Source: Somniosus microcephalus
Taxonomy: Eukaryota
Length of the DNA stretch: 64,000 bases
Assembly: GCA_052327205.1 (NCBI GenBank)
Contig: JBMRGM010000038.1
Location: forward strand, 9,300,001 to 9,364,000
Reading direction: 5' to 3'
The notes beneath the pieces were generated by a model. That model saw nothing but the letters and a program-made list of their open reading frames with translations. It searched no databases and was not told the DNA's origin. Shown here one piece after another: positions 36,423 through 48,655 of the stretch. Both the position numbers and the translations under genes were made by a program. Position 1 is the first letter of the stretch; each line of letters begins with the position of its first letter.

Positions 36423-37160
36423 GGAATAGGTTATTGCATCATTTAAATGTGCCCTCGAACAATTTGACACTGCTAAATTAAAAGCACGGCTATAATTAGT
36501 TTCGGTGTTGAACAAGGGGATTGAAAATGACAATAAAAACACCAGGCAATGCCCGCAGTGAGATAGGGTTCGAACTCACAAAGAAGTTAGCACTGCAAAG
36601 TAACCACTGAGCTAAAACTGATGCCTGCTAAAAGATGAGAAACCGCTCAATATAAAGGATGAGCTCACACACATCAGGCGCAGTGCAGTCTGGTCAACGT
36701 CAAGCCCCTCCTTTCTTAGTCAGAGACATGAACGGGAGTCAGACACCACAAGCTTTAATTAAAGACATAAATACGGTTAACACTTACTTCCAAATCTTTT
36801 CGCTGTAAAATGTTTTCACTTTTTTTCAAAGCTGACTGCGTAGAATCTGAAAGTCAGCACCATGAGATTTGAAGTTCACTGACTGATTCTATTTTCTGTC
36901 CACGGTAGAAATAACTGGTCCTGTTCAATTTGACAAAAGTTGCCCCGGATTCCTGGTGTCATCAGCAATGAACATTTTAAACCAAACTCCTAAAGTACAG
37001 TGTGTAAAATGAGATATGGGAAACAGCTAACATGCAAAGCAAATGATTGAAGAATCGACTCTCGCTCAGTTATGATTTCTTACATTGTGCAAAAGAAGAT
37101 TATCGGTTAATTGATTAAGCTTTACCGTGAAAGCAACTTAAAAGCTGATCAAAAAGCACT

Positions 37161-37235
37161 CGCCTAACGTGGGGCTCGAGATCCCACGACCCTAAAATTA
37201 AAAGTCTCATGCTCTACCGACTGAGCTGGCATGGC
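37161..37235 (-). pseudogene. tRNA-Lys(CTT)-derived pseudogene, anticodon now TTT
   Basis: Reverse strand gccatgccagctcagtcggtagagcatgagacttttaattttagggtcgtgggatctcgagccccacgttaggcg; disrupted acceptor stem and T loop; TTTTT downstream. Confidence 0.88.
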
Positions 37236-37442
37236 CTGACATGCTTGCATGCCCTTGTCGCTGCTTGCAGCCAGGCACCTGCTAGTTTCGAGCCAGAGGT
37301 TTAACTTGTTCTGCAAACCACGAACCGAATCGCTCTTTCTGCAATAATTTCCTTTCACTAACATTTCTCTGACCGAAACTGCACAACTCAAAAACTTGCC
37401 TTTCAAACTCATTGAACTCCAGAATTTCCTTCCATCTGAATC

Positions 37443-37776
37443 GGTGGCATAGTGGTTAGCACTGTTGCCTCACAGCGCCAGGGACCCGGTGTTCGAATCC
37501 GGCCTCGGGCGACTGTCTGTGTGGAGTTTGCACATTCTCCCTGTGTTTGCGTGGGTTTCCTCCGGGTGCTCCGGTTTCCTCCCACAGTCCAAAGATGTGT
37601 GGGTTAGGTTGATTGGCTATGATAAATTGACCCTTAGTGTTAGGGGGGATTAAATACATGGGGTTGCAGGGATAGGGTGGGATATGTGTTGGGGTTACGG
37701 GGATTGGGTGGGATATGTGTCGGTGCAGGCTCGATGGGCCGAAATGGCCTCTATCTGCACTGTGGGATTTCTGTGA
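37443..37776 (+). mobile_element. HE1-type V-SINE (elasmobranch)
   Basis: tRNA-like head with A/B boxes, V-domain tgtgtggagtttgcacattctcc..gcgtgggtttcctccgggtgctccggtttcctcccaca, CR1/HER1-like tail tcgatgggccgaaatggcct. Confidence 0.9.
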
Positions 37777-39973
37777 ATCAGATGCCTCTAGTTTTGGTCA
37801 CTCAATCCATGTCCCTTTGCAATTTTCTGCTCCCATCCACATTACTTACTGTGCCACTAATGTAGTGTCGTTAAACTTGGTAATGTATGCCTAGAGACGA
37901 ATTTTGGATGACCTTTAATGTTAGCTGGCTTTCTATTCTCATACCCTCTCTTTGCCCCTCTTATTTTCCTTTTCACTTCTCCTCTGAACTTTCTATATTT
38001 AGCCTGATTCTCAGATATATTAAGATAGTTGAAGTCCCCCATTATCACTACTCTGTAGTTCGTAGTCATCGAGGCACAGAGTCATAATGGCACAGAAGGA
38101 GGCCATTTTGCCCATCAATTCTGTTCCAGCTCTCTGTGCAGCAAATACTGTCAGTCGCATTGCTCCGCTCTATCCCTGTAGCCCTGCAAGTTTATTTCCC
38201 TCAAGTGCCTATCCAGTCTCCCCTTGAAATTATTGAGTGTCTCTGTTTCCACCACTTCTGTTGGCAACGAGTTCCAGGTCCTGACCACTCGCTGCATAAA
38301 AAAGTTTTCCTAACGTCCCCCCTGTATCTTTTGCCCAATGCCTTAAACCTGTGTCCTTAGTCCTTGTACCATCAACTTGTGGGAAGTCTTTTCCCATCTA
38401 GCCTCTCCAAACCCATCACAATCTTGTACACTTCTATCAAGTCACCCGTCAACATCCTTTGTCTTACAATAATCCTGTGCAGCACTTTGGGACGTTTTAC
38501 TACGTTAAAAGCCTATATAAATATTTGTTGTTTTAATGAAAGCAAATGCAGCTTCTCCAACCTGTCCTTGTAGCTAAGATACCCCAAACCCGGAACATTT
38601 CTGGTAAATCTCCTCTGCACCCTCTCAAGGGCCTTCACATGCTTCCTACATTGTTGTGACCAGAACTGGATGCAGTACTCCAGTTGTGGCCTAACCAGCA
38701 CTTTATAAAGGTTCAGCATAACTTCTCTACTTATGTACACAATATCTCTATTTATGAACCCAAGATCCCATGAGCTTTGCTAACCACTCTCTCAATATGT
38801 CCTGCCAGTTTCAGGGAATTATGTACATTAACTCCCAGATCCCTCTGTCCCTGCACACTGTTTAAAACTGTGCCATTAAGTGTATATTGCCTCTCCCCGT
38901 TCCTTCTGCCAAAATGCATCACCTCACACTTCTCTGTATTAAATTCCATCTGCCACTTGTCTGCCCATTCTGCTAGCCTTTCTATGTCCTGCTGCAGTCG
39001 ATTGGTATCATCCTCATAAGTTTGGTGTCATCGGCAAATTTAGAAATTCTACTCTGTATTCCAATATCCAGGTCATTTATATATATCAAAAAAAGAAGTT
39101 GCTCCTGAACTGACCCTTAGGGAACACCACTGTCTACCATCCTCCAGTCTGAAAAACAGCCATTTACCACAACTCGCTGTTTTCCATCCTTAAGCCAATT
39201 CCTTATCCAAGCTGCTGCAAATCCACCTATTAAATGAGCCTCAATTTTGTTAACTAGCCTTCTATGTGACACTCTGTCAAACGCCTTCCTATAATCCATG
39301 CAGATAACATCCATTGCATTCCCTTCATCAATGCTCTCTGTTACTTCATCAAAAAAATTCAATTAGATTAGTCAAACACAATCTCCCTTTTACAAATCCG
39401 TGTTGGCACTCCTTCGTTAGTTTCAACCTTTCGAAGTGCCCATTAATTTTTTTCTAAATTGTTGTTTCTAAAACTAAAACTGATGTTAAACTGACCGGCC
39501 GGTAGTTACTAGGATTATACTTACACACTTTCTTGAACAGTTCTTGAACCTCTCTGTAATTTCTCTGCAAATTTGCTTCTCCATATTTTCCCAATCGTTG
39601 GTGACCTATAGGATACACATAGTAGTGCAATGGCACCTATATTATTTCTTAACTCTAGCCAAATAGATTCTGTCCTTGACCCCGCCAGGACAGCCTCTCT
39701 CTCCAGCATTGTAACATGCTCCTTAGCCAATACTGCCACACATCTTTCCTTCCCTATCTTTTTGAACTCCTTATATTCAGGAATATTTGATACCCAATCT
39801 TGCCCGTTTTTGAGCCAGGTCTCCGTTATTGCCACAACGTCATATTCCAATGTGGCTATTTGCACCTGCAGCTCATCAACCTTGTTTACTATGCTTTGTG
39901 TATTCACATACATGTACTGTAAACCTTCTTAGACCATGAAGTGTTCTCTCTTAGTCTCTCCCCACCTAATACC

Positions 39974-41217
39974 TGTAGAAATAGGGGGGGGGGTGTAATG
40001 GGGTTATTGTCTCTGGCCAGTCAGAAGTATCTGAGCTGCTCCAGAGCCCCGTGTCATTTCGAATCGCTCCCCTTTTCTGGTTCTGACCGCCGGAATACTT
40101 CAGTAGCAATATAGACAAAACGAGACTCATGGTTGGGTGCAAAGAAGACCAGCATTTATTGAAATAAAGAATAAATTGAAAATAATGATGAATACAGCGC
40201 ACTTTTGCTTAATACAGCATTTTTTGCTTAATACAGCACACCTTTGCTTGATACAGCACACCTTTGCTTGATACAGCACACATTTGCTTAATACAGCACA
40301 CCTTTGCTTAATACCGCACTTTTAATTAACACAGCACACTTTTGCTTAATAGGGGAGGAGAAATGGACATTTCGAGCAACAATTGACTAAAATAACGATT
40401 TAACAAAATTCACCTTAATTCGCACCCCTAATAGTTATCTAGGTTGCCTTGTAATGGGCCAGAAAGTTTCATGCTCACTAGTAAACGCCTGCTCCGTTCC
40501 CCTGCGCTCGGTCTTGGGTTCTTCACTGCCCCAAAGTAGAGATACCCAGTAGTTCAAAAGTAACTGCTGGTATTCCACTTCTTTGGGCGGGCTATTGAGC
40601 TGTTCTTCTTGTCGGCAGGGCACGGAAGTGAGGCGGCAGAGAGAGAGAGAGAATGGCTTCCTGAGGGACTATCTTTATACCCCATTGGGAGCCGTTGTCT
40701 TTGCACCCAAATCTGCATGCATCTGGGCTATACAAAAGGGACCGAACTGTCCCCATTGATTGTAATGGGTTTGAATGTGTTGGCCCATTCATTTTAACTG
40801 GTTTTCGACCAGTTTGAAATGTCCTACTGAATTTCAGTCAACAGCACTCAAGTGTTTGTAAACAAAGCATTGTCCTGCGGTCACCGCCCAACCGCAATTG
40901 AAATACAGCTTTAAGTACTTTAGCCTTTGATTCATCATTGTAGAGAGTTCTGTAAACAAACATACTTCGTTCTGTGCGTGAAACTTCCTAAGCTGCAGTT
41001 GATTGACAGTTTCAAGTACTTCAACATTCACACAGGCTGGTGTTTTCAAATCCTTTTGTAAGCCAGTGATGCGAGAGGCTGTCTTTGTCTTCTGCAATGA
41101 GGCCTGGCAGCCATTTTGATACCCTGGGTTTTTAAGGTATATTCCACCCAGGTTTTCTTTAATCTAAAATAATCTTCGGGGCTGTAGAAATTTTCCAAAA
41201 TTTTTGCAAACCTTACA
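39974..41217 (-). repeat. 3' LTR of element 2 with an internal 20-bp tandem repeat
   Basis: Collinear with 43989-46658; (cacctttgcttaatacagca)n at about 40190-40350. Confidence 0.92.
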
Positions 41218-42638
41218 GTCCCCCATTGAATACTAAAACTTGCTTGTAGTATCCTGTTCAAAGGTGAGCAATAATTTCTGACCCCCCACAAACAACCTTC
41301 CCTTATGCTTATCGATACCTATCTTGGATCCCCCGACACCTCCATCCCCCTTACCCAGAGAGAATCGCAGCACACGGTAGGCACCTATTGATAGAAAAAC
41401 ATGATTAGTTACAATCATTTAAACATGGAGGGGGTCGAATGCCCCTGCAACACTGAGTATTTACAATAGTTCAAGCATAGAGGGGTCCAATGCCCCTGCA
41501 CCACTTGTGACATAGTTTTAACATGATACAACATCTTTAATGGGATTACCACTAAGCCAAAACATGCCTGATAAAAATACTAATGGAAGAAAACCAGCTT
41601 CCTTTTCTCTTTTTTTTATAATGCAATTGCCTGACACTTTAATAAATGGCACCATTCTTCAGCCATAAATGTATTTCAAATTTCCACAATCTGCAAAAAC
41701 AACAATTCACAGTCATATGCAATTTCTTTTTCAATTGACTCCAAACAAATAGTACAATCTTACAGTTAGGAACCAAATTCACACATTATTTCCTTTGGAG
41801 TTGGGACCAGTACATAATGCAGAATATAAAATGATTAACAAGCTTTTTGTAAACTCTTAATCTTAACCTGAATTTCCAATAACAGTTTAATTGCTGTGGG
41901 CATCTGTCTCCTGCAGACCCCACCCTTCGTGGGCTAGGGCTGCTCCCTTCCCCGAGCATCTAAAGAAACAATGGTCCTCTGCACCTTCCGAAACTCTGAA
42001 AAAGATTTTTTTTAAACACATCTAGCCAGGTTCCCTGGCTCGGGGGAATGTGATCAGGTACCACGACCTCGGCTCATATAGACAACACTCTGGAACGCTA
42101 CCATACTTAAAACTTATACTCTAATAATTTACACTACCGAATTGCAATATAAAATTAAAATTAAAACATTCTAACTTAATCCTCTATACACGTTACTTGA
42201 ACAAATCTATTTACAAGTGCCGCCCATCTCTGGGCGGCCAGCCTAATCACTGTTTGGGCTGCCACAGGCTGCTCGCTGCGGCATGGGTGGACTGATCCCA
42301 AATTCTCGTCCCTCGCACCTTATGGCTGCTGGTTGGGGACTTCTGTCATTTGGCTTCTCCTCTCATGCACACGACTACGCCTGCATGTGCAGTCTGTGTG
42401 AGTGTATGCGCTGCAGGCTGAGGATTTCTATTCTCAGGTTCAATCCCAGCCGCCCATTTCCCTGCCTCCGGCTTAAACAACCTGTAGTGTTTAATATAAC
42501 TGGCAGCCTGCCAGTTCCCCTGTTCTAAATCCTTTCCCCTTACCAGGGCAGCCTTAAAGTTGGAATCTTGGGCCTGGACCTGCTTTTGGCCCGGGGCCAA
42601 AACTATCCCCTGTGTGCCTCCGTTGTCCTGGATTGCTG

Positions 42639-43986
42639 CTACCGAATCTGCTCTACAGGGGTCCCAGAACTCTCCTTCCCTGTCCCCCTGCTTAGCAACT
42701 TACACTGGACATGAATGACTCCTCCCCTAACACAAGCCACAGCGCCTGTCTGTGCAGTCTGTGAGCTTGTACCCGCTGCGGGCTCAGGATTTCTGACCTC
42801 AGGTTCACTCCCAGCTGCCCGTTTCCCTGTGGGTCCCATGAAGCTAACTGGGACCTTTTTAGACCGGGGTGAATTGGTCAGGTCTTCCGAGTGGACCACC
42901 ATGCTGGAAGCTCCAGTGTCCACCGAATATCTCCCCTGCCCCGTCTTCACCCCCATCTTAACATAGGGCCTGCTCCCCTCAGCATTTTCGTGGGGACACA
43001 GGTCGACAGGCTGTGCTGGCTCTAGCCATTGCTGGGAGCGGGATGGGGCAGACATGGTCAAAGCACCAGTGGTGGCTGCTATTTTTCCCTGGCTGGCTAG
43101 GAGGAGAGATCGTAGGGACTGTAAAAATGACTATCGCTGCGGGAGGGATATCTGGCCCTGCCTTTTGGGCTGCGGCTGTGGGATCCTTTCCCTTGTTATC
43201 CTTCCAGGGATTCCTACAGTCTTTTCTCCAGTGACCATCTTTCCCGCACCCATAACAATTTAACCGAGCCTGGGAGGGACGGTTCCCCTCCTGTTGCCAG
43301 TCTGTCTTACTCTGGCTCCCAGGTTTAACCTCATGGACTTTTCCCTTGGTTTGGGGCGTCTCGATACCCCTCATCTTTCTCGGAGCTCTGGGTGGCGGTC
43401 GTGGGACCTCTGATTCCCTGACCAACCTTGTTCTGGGTGTTGCCTATGGGACAGTTCTATTTGGGTTGCCGGTAAATTCCGACTGACCTGTCTTCGGGCT
43501 GATAAGACATATCATCCCCTTTGCCCTCTTTAAATCCATATTCAAGCTTTCTCTCTCTTCCCTACAGGGGCCATGATCTGATTCCTCAAAACTTTGGTCG
43601 CAGGCCAGCTTATACGCTGCCTTTACCTCCCAAACCTTTTCCTCCTGCTCTTTTACTTCTTCTATGAGGCGGGCGTTCTCCTCCCACACACTCATCTCAT
43701 TGCTCTTGGCCTCTGCAACTAGGCACTTCCGGTACTCTAATTCATACCTCGTGTGGCTTTTGCCCTCAATAAACTGGACCACCAGGTGCTCTATCTTGGC
43801 TTGGTATTCTTCAATCTCCCTTTCCTTATCCCAACTCTCTGCTCTAACTTCCCTAAGCCTGTGGGAACCTAACCACAAACAGATCAGTGGGATTAAAAGA
43901 AATCCAATAATGGCTGCTCTCTCCAGACCCAAACCACCGTCTGTCACATCGCAAACTGTTGCTGCTGGTCCTGCCACAGTCGCCAT
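42639..43986 (-). pseudogene. Gag-region + protease of element 2
   Basis: 43444..43986 AAIIGFLLIPLICLWLG + coiled coil; 42979..43425 CYGCGKDGHWRKDC; 42639..43061 YSVDTGASS. Confidence 0.85.
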
Positions 43987-43988
43987 TT

Positions 43989-46658
43989 TGTAGAAATACG
44001 GTGGGTGGGTTCTTTGATTATTGTCTCTGGCCAGTCAGGAGTATCTGAGCTGCTCCAGAGCCCCGTGCAGTTTTGAATCGCTCCCCTTTTCTGGTTCTGA
44101 CCACCAGACTTATTTCAGTAGTGATATAGAGAAAACAAGACTCGTGGTTGGGTGCAAGGAAGACCAGCATTTATTGAAATAAAGAATAAATTGAAAATAA
44201 TGAAGAATACAGCACGCTTGTGCTTAAGACAGCCTACCTTGGCTTAATACAGCACACCTTTGCTTAATATAGCACACCTTTGCTTAATACAGCACTTTTA
44301 CTTAAGACAGCACACTTTTGCTTAATAGGGGTGGAGAAACGGACATATCGAGGGAAAATTGACAAAAATTACAATTTAACAAAATTCCCGTTAATTCCTA
44401 CCCCTAGTACCTATCTAGGTTGCCTTGTAATGGGTCAGAAAATCCTTGCTCACCAGTGAACGCCTGCTCCGTGCCCCTGCATTCTGTATTCTTCACTGCC
44501 CCGAATTAGAGATACCCCAGTAATTAAAACTAACTGCTGGTATTCCACTTCTTCAGGCAGGCTACTGAGATGTTCTTCTTGTAGGCAGGGCATCGGAGGC
44601 AAAGCGGCAGAGAGAGAGAATGGTTTCCTGAGGGATTATCTTTATACCCCATTGGGAGCCGTTGTCTTTGCACCCAAATCTGTTTTTTAATTTTTTTTAT
44701 TAATTGATGGGATGTGGGTGTCGCTGGCTGGCTAGGCCTACATTTAGTGCCCATCCCTAATTGCCCTTGAGAAGATGGTGGTGAGCTGCCTTCTTGAACC
44801 GCTGCAGTCCATATGCTGCAGGTACACCCACAATGCTGTTAGGAAGGGAGTTCCAGGATTTTGGCCCAGCGAAAGTGAAGGAACGGCGATGCAGGTCCAA
44901 GTTAGGGTGGTGTGTGGCTTGGAGGGGAACTTTTAGGTGGTGATGTTCCCATGCGTCTGCTGCCCTTGCCCTTCTAAGTGGTAGAGCTCGCGGGTTTGGA
45001 AGGTGCTGTTGAAGGAGCTTTGGCGAGTTGCTGCAGTGCATCTTGTAGCTGGTACATACTGCAGCCACAGTGCACCGGTGGTGGAGGGAGTGAATGTTGA
45101 AGGTGGTGGATGGAGTGCCAATCAAGTGGGCTGCTTCATCCTGAATGGTGTCGAGCTTCTTGAGTGTTGTTGGAGCTGCACTCATCCAGGCAAGTGGAGA
45201 GTATTCCATCACACTCCTGACTTAGCCTTGTAGATGGGGGAAAGGCTTTGGGGAGTCAGGAGGTGAGACACTCGCCGCAGAATTCCCAGCATCTGGCCTG
45301 CTCTTGTAGCCACAGTATTTATATGGCTGGTCCAGTTCAGTTTCTGATCAATGGTAACCACCAGGATGTTGATAGTGGGGGATTCAGCGATGGTAATGCC
45401 ATTGAATGTCAAGCGGAGATGGTTAGACTCTCGCTTGTTGGAGATGGTCATTGCCTGGCACTTGTGTGGTGCGAATGTTACTTGCCACTTGTCAGCCCAA
45501 GTCTGAATGTTGTCCAGGTCTTGCTGCATATGGACACGGACTGCATCAGTATCTGATGAGTCTGGAATGGGGCTGAACAGTGTGCAATCATCAGCGAACA
45601 TCCCCACTTCTGGCCTTATGATGGAGGGAAGGTCATTGATGAAACAGCTGAAGATGGTTGGGCCTAGGACGCTGCCCTGAGGAACTCCTGCAGTGATATC
45701 ATGTGATTGAGATGAATGACCTCCAACAACCACAGCCAACTTCCTTTGTGCTAGGTATGATTCCAACCAATGCAGAGTTTCCCCTTGATACCCATTGACT
45801 TCAGTTTTGCTAGGGCTCCTTGATGCCACACGTGATCAAATGCTGCCTTGATGTCAAGGGCAGTCACTCTCACCTCACCTCTTGTGTACAGATCTTTTGT
45901 CCATGTTTGGACCAAGGCTGTAAACAGGTCAGGAGCTGAGAGGCCCTGGCGGAACCCAGACTGGGCGTCAGTTAGCAGGTTATTTCTGAGTAAGTGCCGC
46001 TTGATAGCACTCTCGATGACACCTTCCATCACTTTGCTGAAGATTGAGAGTAGACTGATGGGATGGTAATTGTCCGGGTCGGAGTTGTCCTGCTTTTTGT
46101 AGACAGGACATACTTGGGCAGTTTTCCACATTGCCGGGTAGATGCCAGTGGTGTAGATGTACTGGGCTATACAAAAGGGACCGAACTGTCCCCATTGACT
46201 GTAATGGGTTTGAATGTGTTACCCGATTCATTTTAACTAGTTTTCGACCAGTTTGAAATGTCTCACTGACTTTCAGTCAGCAGCACTCAAGTGCTTTGTA
46301 AACAAGCATTGTCCTGCAGTCACTGCCCAACCGCAATTGATTGACAGCTTTAAGTACTTGAGCCTTTGAGTCAACATTGTAGAGAGTTCTGTAAACAAAC
46401 ATTCGTTGTCCTGTGGGTGAAACTTCCTAAACTGCAGTTGATTGACAGTTTCAAGTACTTCAACATTTGCGCAGGCTGGTGTTTTTTTCAAATCCTTTGT
46501 CAGCCCATGATTGAAGATATACAGGCAGGCTGCCTTTGTCTTCTGCCATGAGGCCTGACAGCCACTTTGATCCCCTGGGTTTTTAAGGTATATTCCACCC
46601 AGGTTTACTTTCATCAGAAATAATCTTCGGGGCTGCAGAAATTTTGCTAAACCTTACA
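43989..46658 (-). repeat. 5' LTR of element 2, interrupted by a LINE
   Basis: LTR sequence stops at gcacccaaatctg (44682) and resumes at ctgggctatacaaaaggg (46162). Confidence 0.9.
44683..46161 (-). mobile_element. 5'-truncated Zenon-like CR1-group LINE
   Basis: RT motifs QSGFRQG, LDIKAAFD, GVPQGSVLGP, FADD, MEYSPLAW; A-rich tail at 44683-44705; no TSD. Confidence 0.9.
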
Positions 46659-48076
46659 TACCTTACTATTTTCTTACATTAGTGCTATCCCTTTTTCCAT
46701 GTCCGTTGTGCACCTTGTTTTTTCTTTCTATTGGTACATCCTGGTGACCATACCCATGCCAACTTAATTTTAATTTCTCCCCAACAAGACTAGCAAACAT
46801 CCCCATGAGGAAAGTGATACCAGCTCTGTTGGACTGCAACCCGTGCGGCCTGTACTGGACCTACCTCCCCCAGAACCAGCCCCAAAGCCCCAGGAATCTC
46901 ATCCATCTTTCTACATATGTCATTGGTACCGCTATAGACCTCGAGCTCTGGCTGTTCTCCTTCCTCCCTCCGTATATTCTACAGCTGCTCAGTGACATCC
47001 TTGACCCTGGCACTGGGGAGGCAGCATTCCATCCTGGAGTCATGTCTGTCCTCCTCTCCCCTCTAACGGTCACCCATTCCCTCTCTGTCTGTACACTCCT
47101 TAGCTGTGGGGTGACCACCTCCTGAAACATGCTGTCCATGTACTGCTCAGCCTCATGAATGCACAACAGTGACGCCAGCTGCTGCTCAAGCTCCGAAACC
47201 CAGAGCTTGAGCTCCTCCTATTGACAACACTTCCCACATACGTGGTTGTCCAGGACACGGGAAGCGTCCTGGATTTGTCACATGGCACAGGATGCAGATT
47301 CCGTGGGACTGAGCTGCCCTGCCATGCCTTTATTGATTCTGCTATTAATTAAATTTACAGAAAATTAAGACTAAGATGTACCTAATTAAATGTATTCACT
47401 TCCAGCACACGTGTTCGCCCTGGACACTGAATGTGTCCCTGACTTCCCACCTAGCACAGGAGCTGAGCTGCCTTACCAGGTCCTGCCCTTGATTTATTCC
47501 ATTTACGTCCTCTAAATTAAAGAATATTTGAAACACTAGGGACCTTCTTCACTTTAAACACTACTCACACTAAACTAGAGACCTTACTTTTACTTTAGCG
47601 ACCGGACTGTAGAAATACTCACCAATCAGCTCCTTCCCTGGTTGTGATGTCATTTTAGTGGTTTTGCAGCTGTTGTTGTTGTTTGACTGCTCCTGCTCTC
47701 CGACTCTTTTCTGGGTGTAAAGTAAGAACCAAATCCTACAGAGTGAAAAGTTAGGGAAAGAAAAGGTGAAGCAAGGGAGCTGCTCCTCCTTCCACTCCTC
47801 CCCCACCTAATTCCCTCACTCACCCAACTCTCAGCGCTCTGTGCAGATCACACTGCAAAGCCTGTTTTTAGTGGCCTAGATTCCCTAGTTAACTGCCTTC
47901 AGCTGCTCTGAATTATTCTCTGCCTTCTCCAGGGCTGTAGACTCCTTTCAGTTTGGAATTCAGGAGAACTTGGTTCGTGGTTTGCAGAAACTATGACTTA
48001 GATCAGCAGTTGTGACCGGGCTGGAGCCACCAGGTGCCTGACTGCAATCAGTGACAATGATGTGCAACTTGAGCAG

Positions 48077-48149
48077 GCACGGCCAGCTCAGTCGGTAAAG
48101 CATAAGACTGCTAATTTTAGGGTCGTGGGTTCGAGCCCCACGTTGGGTG
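48077..48149 (+). pseudogene. tRNA-Lys(CTT)-derived pseudogene, anticodon position now GCT
   Basis: gcacggccagctcagtcggtaaagcataagactgctaattttagggtcgtgggttcgagccccacgttgggtg; A and B boxes largely intact. Confidence 0.88.
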
Positions 48150-48572
48150 GCTTATTGTGTAAACTTTTATGCTGCTTTCATGGGAACCTTGTTTTGCACA
48201 ATTAAAGAAATGCTAACTGAGGGAGAATCGATACTTCAATAATTTGTTTTGTGCTTTGCATGTAACTGTTAGCCATATCTCATTTTACACAATGTATGGG
48301 CTACTCCTGCTCCTAATTCTTTCGTTCTTAGGTCCCTACACAGGAGAGCAAACTCGCCCTTGGACATGCATAAACAGCAAGTTCCAACAAAATGATTCCG
48401 CAAAAGGGATAGCTGCCACACTGCGGAATCATCTCCACTTTCAGTACGAGGGCAGCTGGAAATGTTAAGGGAGCAGGTGAACCACTGAATCCCATTTTAA
48501 AAGGATGTTCCAAAGCGCCTTGACAGTGGTGTCAAAACAAATGAGTTCCACTTAGTAATTAAAAGTAAAGTA

Positions 48573-48655
48573 AGTCAGAAGAGGGATTCAAAACCACACA
48601 TCCACAGAAGACTGCGATCTGAGAGCAGCACCTTAGACCGCTCGTCCATTCTGAT
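48573..48655 (-). pseudogene. tRNA-Leu(CAG)-derived pseudogene
   Basis: Collinear with the reverse complement of tRNA-Leu(CAG) including the long variable arm; CAG retained, B box mutated. Confidence 0.85.

Larger units (their letters stand above)
39974..46658 (-). mobile_element. Retrovirus-like LTR element 2, non-autonomous relative of element 1 (RT/RH/IN deleted)
   Basis: LTRs 39974-41217 and 43989-46658 (tgtagaaat...ccttaca), 4-bp TSD TACC, PBS gtcctgccacagtcgcca at 43968-43985, purine tract next to 41217. Confidence 0.92.
38080..47330 (-). mobile_element. Decayed CR1 LINE split by LTR element 2 (ORF2 38080-39973, ORF1 46659-47330)
   Basis: YVNTQSIVNKVDEL, MEFNTEKCEVMHF, LVRPQLEYCIQFW; ORF1 MDSMFQEVVTPQL lies on the far side of the LTR element. 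Confidence 0.88.

Noticed and set aside
36550-36615. Additional tRNA relic (gggttcgaactcac...accactgagcta)
   Set aside because: Only box-like fragments; the isotype cannot be assigned by eye.
37443-37510. tRNA gene
   Set aside because: It is the tRNA-derived head of the HE1-type SINE.
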